A stretch of 36,466 bases of DNA from a virus. Its lineage: Duplodnaviria; Caudoviricetes. The notes beneath the pieces are model-generated. The model was given only the letters and a program-made list of their open reading frames with translations, made no database searches and was not told the DNA's origin. Below, in pieces: positions 19,893 through 27,380 of this stretch (position 1 is the first letter of the stretch; each line of letters opens with the position of its first letter). The stretch covers positions 1-36,466 of the IMG/VR virus record IMGVR_UViG_3300020045_003272. One strand, written 5' to 3'. A program made the position numbers and the translations under genes.

Positions 19893-20965
19893 TGGTATTT
19901 GGTATCGGTTGGGGAGCGCAGGCGTCAGACAATAGTCTTATAAGAAGTATTCAAGAAGTAACAATAACAATAGCTGCTTCTTCAACTTCCAACACCGCAA
20001 CGATAAACGCTATTAATACTGGTAAATCGTTTGTTATGTTTAATGGTATGAACTCCAATAATACAGGCACTACTAACCCAGCTAATGCCTTTGCATACTT
20101 GGAGATAACTAACGGAACAACCATCACAGCCACTAGAAGTGACGGCACAACTAATACACTAACGGTTTATGGTGTTGTGGTAGAATTTGTATCTGATGCA
20201 GTAATAAGTATGCAAACTGGTACTATTGTTTTAGGTTCGACAGTAACATCAAACACAGCTACGATTTCTTCAGTAGATACGGCTAATGCTTTTGTTGTTT
20301 ATGGCGGCCTTTTAAACACAACTACTGGTGCGTCCTCTGCGCGTGCAATTCTTACGATGATAGATTTAACCGATGCCACAACTGTTACTGCGACAAGGAA
20401 TTTGGGTACAGATAGTACAACAGTTGCCTATACAGTGGTAGAATTACGCCCAAATATTATTAAATTAGTTCAGAAAATATCTCAAGCCGTAGCTGATACA
20501 GCCTTAACAATTGATACCACTATCACGGCGGTCGTTTTAAATAATTCAATGATAATTGAAAACGGACAAATCACAGGTTCGGCTAACTTCGCAAATACTA
20601 ATATGTATCGTCAATCTTTAACATCAACCACTAATCATAGATACGAACGTGTCGGGACTGCTTCTACATCTAGGACGTTAAAGAGTACGGTAGTTGAATT
20701 TGAGGCTGGGTATATTAGAGCTAAAACTACAGGACAGACTACTTTAACTACTTCAGATACACAAATAGATACTTCTGTAACGATGACAGATAGAAACAAA
20801 GTCATGGTAAATTATAACGGCCGTACGAATAGTACCACAACTAGTACTTGGGCTTCTATACATCTTGGCGTATTATCAACATCTACAACGAATGTTAGAA
20901 GCATAAGAAATGCAGTAGGAACAATACAATTAACGACCGCGTTTGAAATGATTGAATTTATCTAG
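19892..20965 (+). CDS. Virion protein with four tandem ~87-aa beta repeats (possible lectin-like adhesin); start probably at ATG 19892
   Basis: Repeats of the type I.S.Q...I......TATI..V......LT..TT.TATR.....VVEF; TAATG coupling. Confidence 0.75.
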   Translation: MVFGIGWGAQASDNSLIRSIQEVTITIAASSTSNTATINAINTGKSFVMFNGMNSNNTGTTNPANAFAYLEITNGTTITATRSDGTTNTLTVYGVVVEFVSDAVISMQTGTIVLGSTVTSNTATISSVDTANAFVVYGGLLNTTTGASSARAILTMIDLTDATTVTATRNLGTDSTTVAYTVVELRPNIIKLVQKISQAVADTALTIDTTITAVVLNNSMIIENGQITGSANFANTNMYRQSLTSTTNHRYERVGTASTSRTLKSTVVEFEAGYIRAKTTGQTTLTTSDTQIDTSVTMTDRNKVMVNYNGRTNSTTTSTWASIHLGVLSTSTTNVRSIRNAVGTIQLTTAFEMIEFI

Positions 20966-20973
20966 GAGGGGTT

Positions 20974-21225
20974 ATGTTTGTACAATATAAATTAGGCGAT
21001 GGCGATACTGTTAATATCCAAGCTACTAATAGTAAAAGAGTTGATGACGCTATATTATTATCCCAAGGGCGAGGACAATATGAAGTAGTAGATATTGCAA
21101 ATAAACTCTCTAAAGTTAATGTTAAAACTGGTCAAATCTCTGCTCCAGTTCTTAAAGCTAATGACACTCCTATTCTTACTGATGAGGATTATATAGAGCA
21201 AGACCCAAAATTATCAAAACTATAA
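20974..21225 (+). CDS. Hypothetical protein, 83 aa
   Basis: ORF track; AGGAGG RBS. Confidence 0.75.
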   Translation: MFVQYKLGDGDTVNIQATNSKRVDDAILLSQGRGQYEVVDIANKLSKVNVKTGQISAPVLKANDTPILTDEDYIEQDPKLSKL

Positions 21226-21238
21226 CCATGGTTGAATT

Positions 21239-21619
21239 ATGAAAGGCCGCGTTGAGATATTAGAAGACGATGTTACTGATATAAAAGTGGCGATTGCTGG
21301 TATAAAGGCAGAAACTACCAGTGCACATAAACGTATTGATTATCTCAATGACGTTGAAGTTCACCGATTAAGAGAGTCTAAGCATGAACACGCTAATAGA
21401 ATCCAAGTACATGAATCAGCACTGCATAATCTTGAGGGATTAATGGCAACATTAGGAACGACCATTTCCGAAAATGCGAAGAAAACTGGCGAAAACACAA
21501 TGGCTATGATAAAGTTACAAACTAAAGCTGATGTCATTATCTATATGACTGGATTGTTCTTTACTATATGCACTACAGTTGGCGGATTTGTCGGTGGTAA
21601 ACTCTTACATTGGTGGTAA
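21239..21619 (+). CDS. Coiled-coil protein with C-terminal transmembrane helix (lysis-module membrane protein)
   Basis: Heptad-like body; hydrophobic VIIYMTGLFFTICTTVGGFVGG; upstream of the endolysin. Confidence 0.65.
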   Translation: MKGRVEILEDDVTDIKVAIAGIKAETTSAHKRIDYLNDVEVHRLRESKHEHANRIQVHESALHNLEGLMATLGTTISENAKKTGENTMAMIKLQTKADVIIYMTGLFFTICTTVGGFVGGKLLHWW

Positions 21620-21620
21620 A

Positions 21621-22046
21621 ATGGAAATAAAACTATCCAAGAACTTTACTATAAGTGAATGTCAATATTCAGAATATGCACGTAAGAATACAATTGATAA
21701 CGTATTGCCTGCTATATGTTATAAAAATGCCATTGCGCTAGCTAATAACGTTCTAGAGCCAATTAGAAAGCAATTCGGAGCATTCTCCCCTTTATCATGG
21801 TATCGTTGCCCAGAAGTAAATAAAGCTGTTGGAGGCTCACAAACAAGCGACCATATGATAGGTTGCGCAGCAGATATATGTATCGCAGGAGTATCTAATA
21901 AAGATTTAGCAGAATGGATAGAAAAAAATCTAATGTTTAAACAAGTAATCAATGAAGGAAGTTGGATTCACGTGTCGCATGTAGAAGGTGATAATCGCGG
22001 ACAAGTTCTTCATAAAACAAAAGACGGATACGGTATAGGCTTATGA
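21621..22046 (+). CDS. Endolysin, peptidase M15A family; start probably at ATG 21621
   Basis: LS.NFT..E, S.YRC..VN.AVGG...SDH..G.AADI and WIHVS Zn-peptidase motifs. Confidence 0.92.
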   Translation: MEIKLSKNFTISECQYSEYARKNTIDNVLPAICYKNAIALANNVLEPIRKQFGAFSPLSWYRCPEVNKAVGGSQTSDHMIGCAADICIAGVSNKDLAEWIEKNLMFKQVINEGSWIHVSHVEGDNRGQVLHKTKDGYGIGL

Positions 22047-22495
22047 TTGGAATTGATGATATTATCGCCACAGGTTTAAAGATTATTGATAAAGTTATTC
22101 CAAATCCAGAGGCTCGTGCAGAGGCACACCGAAAGCTTTTAGAGCTTCAACAAACAGGTGAGTTAAAACTTGAAGAGTTTGATATTAAACGCGAAGAATT
22201 ATCAATTAACGATAAGATAAGCGCAAGAACAATGCAGGGCGCTGCACTTGGACAGGATGATTTATTCTCAAAGAGATTTATATATTATTTCTCAATATTC
22301 TGGTCAATTGCTAGTGCGACATATATAGGATTTATAACGTTTGGAACAATACCAGTTGAGAATACTAGGTTTGCCGATACAATATTAGGATTTTTATTAG
22401 GAACTGCAATTGCGGGAATGTTTTCATTCTTTTACGGTTCTAGCAGTTCAAGTAAAAACAAGGATGCAATAATCCAAAGTATGACAAACAAATGA
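22043..22495 (+). CDS. Putative holin
   Basis: IIDKVIP.P.A.A N-terminus; two hydrophobic helices; FF.GSS.SSK.KD C-terminus; follows the endolysin. Confidence 0.75.
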   Translation: MIGIDDIIATGLKIIDKVIPNPEARAEAHRKLLELQQTGELKLEEFDIKREELSINDKISARTMQGAALGQDDLFSKRFIYYFSIFWSIASATYIGFITFGTIPVENTRFADTILGFLLGTAIAGMFSFFYGSSSSSKNKDAIIQSMTNK

Positions 22496-22599
22496 ATTAT
22501 CTAAAAAAGCAATTCCAGAAAGTGCCGATTTACTATAGAGGTGTTCTATTAGTAGGGATTATATTTTTAGTGTGTACTTTCTTGGTGCAGGTGCTCTGA
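22492..22599 (+). CDS. Small single-TM peptide, 35 aa (MNYLKKQFQKVPIYYRGVLLVGIIFLVCTFLVQVL)
   Basis: Manual translation; ATGA overlap with the holin stop. Confidence 0.55.
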   Translation: MNYLKKQFQKVPIYYRGVLLVGIIFLVCTFLVQVL

Positions 22600-22647
22600 A
22601 AAGAACTTATCGCAGGGGTTGATTTTATCCTGACTAAAGTATAATAT

Positions 22648-22678
22648 AATACGCAGTAGTTTTAGGCTGCTGCGTATT
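22648..22678. terminator. Strong hairpin at the end of the late operon
   Basis: AATACGCAGTAG...CTGCTGCGTATT inverted repeat with AT-rich flanks near the late/early convergence. Confidence 0.7.
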
Positions 22679-22692
22679 TATTAAGGATTATT

Positions 22693-22785
22693 ATGGCAAG
22701 AATATTAGATGTTTTAATATTGATTTCTTTAGCTACAGGGTTAATTGCCTTAATGAAACTTGTTATATGGCCGTTACTTTTCTAA
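22693..22785 (+). CDS. Small hydrophobic peptide, 30 aa (MARILDVLILISLATGLIALMKLVIWPLLF)
   Basis: Manual translation; AAGGA RBS. Confidence 0.5.
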   Translation: MARILDVLILISLATGLIALMKLVIWPLLF

Positions 22786-22971
22786 AGCGGAGTATTGATA
22801 TTTTCCCGCCTCTCTTACATACTTTATCTTACTCACCCATGCAGTATCACAATTATCACATGCAAAATATGGGCTATATTCTATAGTAGATAGGAAATGG
22901 GGCTGTTTATTTTTGCAATCATTATCAGGGTGGTTATTCTTACCGCGCCTTGTTTCTATGTAACTTCTCAT
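22774..22971 (-). CDS. Small Cys-motif protein, paralogue of 23080..23289; start probably at ATG 22971
   Basis: RGK...C....P..LS...FACDNCD..W motif. Confidence 0.7.
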   Translation of the reverse strand: MRSYIETRRGKNNHPDNDCKNKQPHFLSTIEYSPYFACDNCDTAWVSKIKYVREAGKYQYSALEK

Positions 22972-23083
22972 GAATTGCCTGTTTTTTATATGTTCCACAG
23001 CGTTCGCAACGTCTAAATAATACGTTATTTGCGAAATCGCCTATTAATTTAATTTTATGCCATCCGAAAAAACATCTAATCAT
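22940..23083 (-). CDS. DUF1660-like Zn-ribbon miniprotein, 47 aa (MIRCFFGWHK...RCERCG...)
   Basis: Manual translation; AGGAGGAG RBS; C.FG.H...C.RCG signature. Confidence 0.65.
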   Translation of the reverse strand: MIRCFFGWHKIKLIGDFANNVLFRRCERCGTYKKQAIHEKLHRNKAR

Positions 23084-23289
23084 ACTCTCCTCCTTATTGT
23101 TTTATTGATGCGGTCTTGCCAAGAGTCGTCACAATTATTGCAAGCGAATTGATTGATATGATTATTAATTGATAGGATAAACGGCTTATGTTCTACACAA
23201 TTTAATCCTGCTTTTCCGCGTGGGATTTCGTTATATTTCTTTACTAATGCACTTCCGTGAGTGCCTTCGCCTGATTGATTACTCTTCAT
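23080..23289 (-). CDS. Small Cys-motif protein, paralogue of 22774..22971
   Basis: RGK...C....P..LS...FACNNCD..W motif; ATGA coupling. Confidence 0.7.
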   Translation of the reverse strand: MKSNQSGEGTHGSALVKKYNEIPRGKAGLNCVEHKPFILSINNHINQFACNNCDDSWQDRINKTIRRRV

Positions 23290-23735
23290 AAAAAATATCC
23301 TTGTTGTTGTAGTTTTTTCAATACTTTATCGACTTGTTTTGCTGCACTAGCATCTTGTTTTCTTATATCCTCATTCTGGATATTCTTCTCGAATTCATCA
23401 TTCATTGAATTTAATAACTCAATACAGTTTTCACTTAGTTCTATAGATTCGTTTTCATGTAAAATATAAGCTAGGCGGCTAAATATCATATACGCCTTTC
23501 TTCTGGGCATCTCTTCCGCCACAAAAGGGTTAAATAAGCTATTTCGCAGCTTTTCTATTCTTGTTGCTAAATTCCTAGATATTATATTTTTGTTTATATC
23601 TTGGGATAGTTTTTTCAATCCTTCTTGATATGCGGCTTTATCCTCTGCATCGTCATCTTTATGTTGTTGAATAAGAGAAAAAAGACAAAAAGGAATAAAT
23701 GCATCTTCCACTCTGTGTTTATCTGACTTATACAT
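23286..23735 (-). CDS. Hypothetical protein, 149 aa
   Basis: ORF track; GAGG RBS; overlaps both neighbours. Confidence 0.8.
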   Translation of the reverse strand: MYKSDKHRVEDAFIPFCLFSLIQQHKDDDAEDKAAYQEGLKKLSQDINKNIISRNLATRIEKLRNSLFNPFVAEEMPRRKAYMIFSRLAYILHENESIELSENCIELLNSMNDEFEKNIQNEDIRKQDASAAKQVDKVLKKLQQQGYFL

Positions 23736-24099
23736 ATTTAATCCTCACATATAATCTAACAGTTTTATAAACCCACCAAGCGCGTAATTTGCACATACCG
23801 TCCTCAATACAGATTTGCTTTAGAAGTATATCCGCATTTAACCGTTGAGATTGTGGCAGTCGCTTTAGTGCAATCAATTGACACGCTGCATCGTGAATAA
23901 GTGAACCTCGCATGAAGTTCTTTGTATCAATACCACCTGTTGCACCATCCCAAGCATAACCCTCTTTAATTGTCATCATTCCGCTTTTATGCAGGTATAT
24001 AAAATCCTCTTGAATATCCTCATTCAGCACGATGTTGGTTTGTACGTTGTACGTACTAGTTAGTTGATATTTCCATTTGGGGAGCTTTCTATATTTCAT
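23728..24099 (-). CDS. DUF1353-family protein
   Basis: GYAWDGA...SLIHDA...AD..L...GM...RA...Y..VR motif. Confidence 0.8.
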   Translation of the reverse strand: MKYRKLPKWKYQLTSTYNVQTNIVLNEDIQEDFIYLHKSGMMTIKEGYAWDGATGGIDTKNFMRGSLIHDAACQLIALKRLPQSQRLNADILLKQICIEDGMCKLRAWWVYKTVRLYVRIKYV

Positions 24100-24572
24100 C
24101 TACTTAGGTTATCCGCATAATCTTGTGATGTTTTCCATTCGCGGAAGTCTCTTAATAAAACATGAAATGCATCTTGAGCGTTTTTATTAGTAGCTAGTTC
24201 AGAGCGTGATTTAATATTGCACGCGTCATAAATGGCACCAATTGCCCCATCCTCTGATGATACATATTGCCAATCCTCTCCCGCGCTAAGATTCCCAACA
24301 TATTTCTGGAAACCAGAATCTTTACACAACATAACCGCCATAGTTCTAAGTCTCTCACCTTCTATTTGTTCAGTAATCAAAGATTCTTTTACAACTCCAT
24401 TGCTTTCGTCATAGTAATCGGCATCTATAAACACTACGTAATATCTTTTCCCCATTGGGTCGGAATATAAAAAATCTGGCATATCGGCGTGCTGGATGGT
24501 AAAGCCTAGCTTTATCTCGCCACCCTGCATCTGACGTAAAGAATCCTTTTTTACCTCTAGTTTATCATTCAT
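24096..24572 (-). CDS. Conserved phage hypothetical protein
   Basis: A.MLC.D..FQ...C.I.SRSEL..N..A...F motif typical of phage recombination regions. Confidence 0.75.
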   Translation of the reverse strand: MNDKLEVKKDSLRQMQGGEIKLGFTIQHADMPDFLYSDPMGKRYYVVFIDADYYDESNGVVKESLITEQIEGERLRTMAVMLCKDSGFQKYVGNLSAGEDWQYVSSEDGAIGAIYDACNIKSRSELATNKNAQDAFHVLLRDFREWKTSQDYADNLSR

Positions 24573-24574
24573 AT

Positions 24575-25150
24575 TTAATCCTTTTCTAATTCTAATCCTA
24601 TATTTGCAAGGACTCCTTTTATTTCATTTAATGATCTGCGCCCAAAATTAGGAAGCTTTAATAATTCTTTTTCTGACCATCGTAATAAATCAGAAATATT
24701 TCTTATGTTGCTATTCATTAAACAATTCCGCGTTCGACATGCGAAGTTAAATTCATCAATAGATATATTATGTTGTTTATAATATAATTCTCTTTCTATT
24801 TGGTCTTCTTTAGCTCTTTTAATAGCTAATTGACGATTCTCTTCTTGTATCTCTGCCATCCTTCTATTTTCACGCATGCATCTATTTCGAGAAGGATGTT
24901 TTAATTTTCTTAATGCTTTAGATTCAATTTGGCGAATCCTATTTCCAGTTACACCAAAATCTAATCCTATAGCTTTTAATGTACAAAAATCATATCCATT
25001 GAATGCGAATCTTTTATATAAAACTAATGCTTCTCTTTCCGTTATAGTAGTCATTATATCTTCAATGAATATGCTCTCTGAAAATGAATATTGTTCAGAT
25101 ATTTTTGAATCATTAAACACAGTTTCGATTAAATCTTTATAACTCATCAT
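24575..25150 (-). CDS. Fusion of sigma70 region 4 and RNA polymerase alpha subunit C-terminal domain
   Basis: aa 31-90 TEREALVL..RF...TL..IG..FGVT..RIRQIESKALRKLKHPSR match RpoD region 4; aa 128-188 IDEF....RTRNCL...I..I.DL...SE.ELLKLPNFGRRSLNEIK.VL...GL match RpoA CTD. Confidence 0.92.
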   Translation of the reverse strand: MMSYKDLIETVFNDSKISEQYSFSESIFIEDIMTTITEREALVLYKRFAFNGYDFCTLKAIGLDFGVTGNRIRQIESKALRKLKHPSRNRCMRENRRMAEIQEENRQLAIKRAKEDQIERELYYKQHNISIDEFNFACRTRNCLMNSNIRNISDLLRWSEKELLKLPNFGRRSLNEIKGVLANIGLELEKD

Positions 25151-25355
25151 TTCTCCTTAGAGTATTTCCAGTTTCATACGTTTCGATAACTGCCCTTGCT
25201 ATAGTGCCGTAATCATATTCATTATCATTGTCTTTATCCTTAGTCTCACATAACTCTTCTAAAATAAGAGTGATTTTCTCTAATAATGTCAAATTATATG
25301 CATTAATACGCTCTATAACTTCTTTGTATTTGTTGTTAAATATCTGCGGCATCAT
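25137..25355 (-). CDS. Hypothetical protein, 72 aa, flanked by 24-bp direct repeats
   Basis: ORF track; AAGGAG RBS within the repeat. Confidence 0.75.
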   Translation of the reverse strand: MMPQIFNNKYKEVIERINAYNLTLLEKITLILEELCETKDKDNDNEYDYGTIARAVIETYETGNTLRRNDEL

Positions 25356-25373
25356 TTCTCCTTAAAGTATTTC
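25145..25373. repeat. 24-bp direct repeats (25145-25168 and 25350-25373, one mismatch) containing RBS and start codon
   Basis: CATCATTTCTCCTTA(G/A)AGTATTTC; both upstream proteins end in NTLRRND. Confidence 0.9.
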
Positions 25374-25746
25374 TAATTGCTTCACTTGGACTTCTATTAG
25401 CTAAATCATCTGCTATTAATTCAGGGTTTTTATCCCAACCTTCCCAAAATGTTTCTTCACCCATTTGATGTAATGTATTATGATGAATTTTGCATAAAGG
25501 CACGGTGTTACTATCACATGTTTTAGTGGAAGTTCCTTTGTCTTTGAGTTTATTCTTTAGCGCCGTTAAATGGTGGGCTACACGGCTTTTGACTACATCC
25601 CACACTCTTTCACCTCTTGTGCATTTATGTGATAACCAGTGACTCATATTAATATGCTCATCATCCTTAGTTATACAGCATGGCTGCTCCCGTACAAATT
25701 TACGGTGTATAGGAGAGCGTATTTTAGTTGTTTTAACGATTTGCAT
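25336..25746 (-). CDS. DUF968-family putative HNH nuclease
   Basis: FVR.QPCC...AHHL...K..D...VPLC..HH..LH..GE..FW motif. Confidence 0.85.
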   Translation of the reverse strand: MQIVKTTKIRSPIHRKFVREQPCCITKDDEHINMSHWLSHKCTRGERVWDVVKSRVAHHLTALKNKLKDKGTSTKTCDSNTVPLCKIHHNTLHQMGEETFWEGWDKNPELIADDLANRSPSEAIRNTLRRNDAADI

Positions 25747-25843
25747 TCATACCCTCTATGAATAATAATGTAAAACCTAGTAGAAAATAACCTATTGGTA
25801 AATCATAGTATAAACCTGCAAAGAACGCGAATATTGCTACCAT
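25733..25843 (-). CDS. Small membrane peptide, 36 aa (MVAIFAFFAGLYYDLPIGYFLLGFTLLFIEGMNANR)
   Basis: Manual translation; fills the gap between 25844 and 25746. Confidence 0.45.
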   Translation of the reverse strand: MVAIFAFFAGLYYDLPIGYFLLGFTLLFIEGMNANR

Positions 25844-26038
25844 CTATTCATCTATCCATTTCTTGAGTTGAGCTATTAGTCCTTGATTTTCATAAACATA
25901 TTCACCAGAATCAAGAAATCTTATTATATCAGGCATAAGCTCCATTATCTCACGCAGCTTGGCTTCCATTCTATGCGGATTTGCTCTGCATAAATGATTC
26001 TCTTCTTTTGCTATCTCTAGTATATCAGCTATCTTCAT
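25844..26038 (-). CDS. Hypothetical protein, 64 aa
   Basis: ORF track; AAGGAG RBS. Confidence 0.75.
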   Translation of the reverse strand: MKIADILEIAKEENHLCRANPHRMEAKLREIMELMPDIIRFLDSGEYVYENQGLIAQLKKWIDE

Positions 26039-26053
26039 AACAACTCCTTAAAT

Positions 26054-26108
26054 TGGTGGGCGGTGTAGGTATACCACTAGCCAAGAACTCCCAGCCAATA
26101 CACCGCCC
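26054..26108 (-). ncRNA. 55-nt tRNA-like mini-element (acceptor-like stem plus ACCA)
   Basis: GGGCGGTGTA...TACACCGCCC-ACCA with an internal G-U-rich hairpin; intergenic after ssb. Confidence 0.5.
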
Positions 26109-26117
26109 ATAATGTAA

Positions 26118-26558
26118 CTAAAAAGGCACCTCGTCCGATAATATATCTTCCGAGCTTTCACTAGGAGCGTATCCATTACCTTTAGCCTGACTATGCTGCG
26201 ATATATCATCCGATTTACTATCCAGTAATTGAAGAGTGCCATTAAACGCCTGTAACACAACCTCGGTACTATAACAATCCTTTCCAGATTGGTCTTGCCA
26301 TTTCCTAGTTTGCAAAGAACCTTCCACATATATCTTAGAGCCTTTTTTAACGTAGGATTTAATCACGCCGATTAGTCCTTGATTAAATACAGATATTTTA
26401 TGCCATTCAGTTTTTTCTTTGCGCTCGCCAGAATTTTTATCTTTCCAATATTCGGAAGTAGCAACGCTGAAATTAGCAACTTCACGGCCATCTTGTGTTG
26501 AGCGTATTTCAGGGTCTTTACCGACTCGGCCAATTAAAATAACTTTATTTACTGACAT
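26118..26558 (-). CDS. ssb: Single-stranded DNA-binding protein
   Basis: SVNKVILIG..G.DPEIR...ATSE.WKD...GE.KE.TEWH...LQTRKW.DQ; acidic DEVPF tail. Confidence 0.97.
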   Translation of the reverse strand: MSVNKVILIGRVGKDPEIRSTQDGREVANFSVATSEYWKDKNSGERKEKTEWHKISVFNQGLIGVIKSYVKKGSKIYVEGSLQTRKWQDQSGKDCYSTEVVLQAFNGTLQLLDSKSDDISQHSQAKGNGYAPSESSEDILSDEVPF

Positions 26559-26730
26559 ATTTACTCTCTATTGATTGTTGTAGTTCATTTAGTATCTTCT
26601 TTGCTGTTTCTATATCCCAAAACTCAATAACTTTCGTCCGCTCTTTTAAAATAATAAATCGAACACCAGTAGACATTGGTATAGCTTCCACAAAGGTTTT
26701 ATTCTTAAATGGGTCTATATATTCTATCAT
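26545..26730 (-). CDS. Hypothetical protein, 61 aa
   Basis: ORF track; coupled between erf and ssb. Confidence 0.7.
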   Translation of the reverse strand: MIEYIDPFKNKTFVEAIPMSTGVRFIILKERTKVIEFWDIETAKKILNELQQSIESKYVSK

Positions 26731-27320
26731 GGCAATGCTTCGGTTAGTTTAGTAATTTCCGCCTCGACTTTATCTGATAATATTTTGTCATCGATATAAA
26801 GCTTATCTCTAGCGTCTATAACTACTTGCAGTTTAGTCCATTCTTTAAGGGCTGCATATTCAGTAAATCCTTTTGCCTTTGTTATAAGCCTATCTGCTGT
26901 ATCTTGCGGAGTCACAACTTTAGGTGCTTTAGATACTTTAGATGAGTTATCTTGAGAATCAGCATCAACACCATCATCAATAGCAAATAATCCGTTTAGA
27001 GCGTATTTGCGAGCATATGATGATGCAGCACCAGTAATCTGAGAGGAATCCATGCCTTTTTTGTCATCGGACTCACGCGCCCATCCTTCAGCCTTATACC
27101 ACTTATCACCACTTTGTAATGTAGCAACAGCCTTAACATAAAAACGACTACCTATGAGAATTATCTCATCAGTAAGAATAAGATAACTTCCCTCTGGAAG
27201 TAGTTTTTTTACCGCATCAATAATATCCTCAGCATTACGATAATTGTAATTACCAAAAGAATTACGTCTATTTTTTGGCACGGATAATTTTACTTGTATT
27301 TCGTGCAATATATCAATCAT
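26727..27320 (-). CDS. erf: ERF-family ssDNA annealing protein (recombinase)
   Basis: PK...N.FG.Y.YR..EDI..AVK and GMD.SQ.TGAASSYARKYAL.GLF.IDD motifs. Confidence 0.93.
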   Translation of the reverse strand: MIDILHEIQVKLSVPKNRRNSFGNYNYRNAEDIIDAVKKLLPEGSYLILTDEIILIGSRFYVKAVATLQSGDKWYKAEGWARESDDKKGMDSSQITGAASSYARKYALNGLFAIDDGVDADSQDNSSKVSKAPKVVTPQDTADRLITKAKGFTEYAALKEWTKLQVVIDARDKLYIDDKILSDKVEAEITKLTEALP

Positions 27321-27380
27321 ACTAACCCCATATAATAATCATACATCATTTGCTCATCTTCTTCGCTTATGTGTTCTAGT

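Noticed and set aside
14213-20148. Many minus-strand ORFs opposite structural genes (e.g. 14213..14695, 18959..19552)
   Set aside because: Shadows of Thr/Ala/Gly-rich sense genes; entirely nested antisense to well-supported CDSs.
23728-24099. DUF1353 gene in the early arm as a sign of rearrangement
   Set aside because: It is translationally coupled to its neighbours and the family has no established function, so its position says little.
26054-26108. A functional tRNA gene
   Set aside because: Only 55 nt, with no TTC T-loop, D-loop GG or 7-nt anticodon loop; kept only as a tRNA-like element.
26048-26329. 93-aa ORF overlapping ssb in another frame
   Set aside because: Mostly nested in ssb; its tail coincides with the tRNA-like hairpin, which explains the sequence better.
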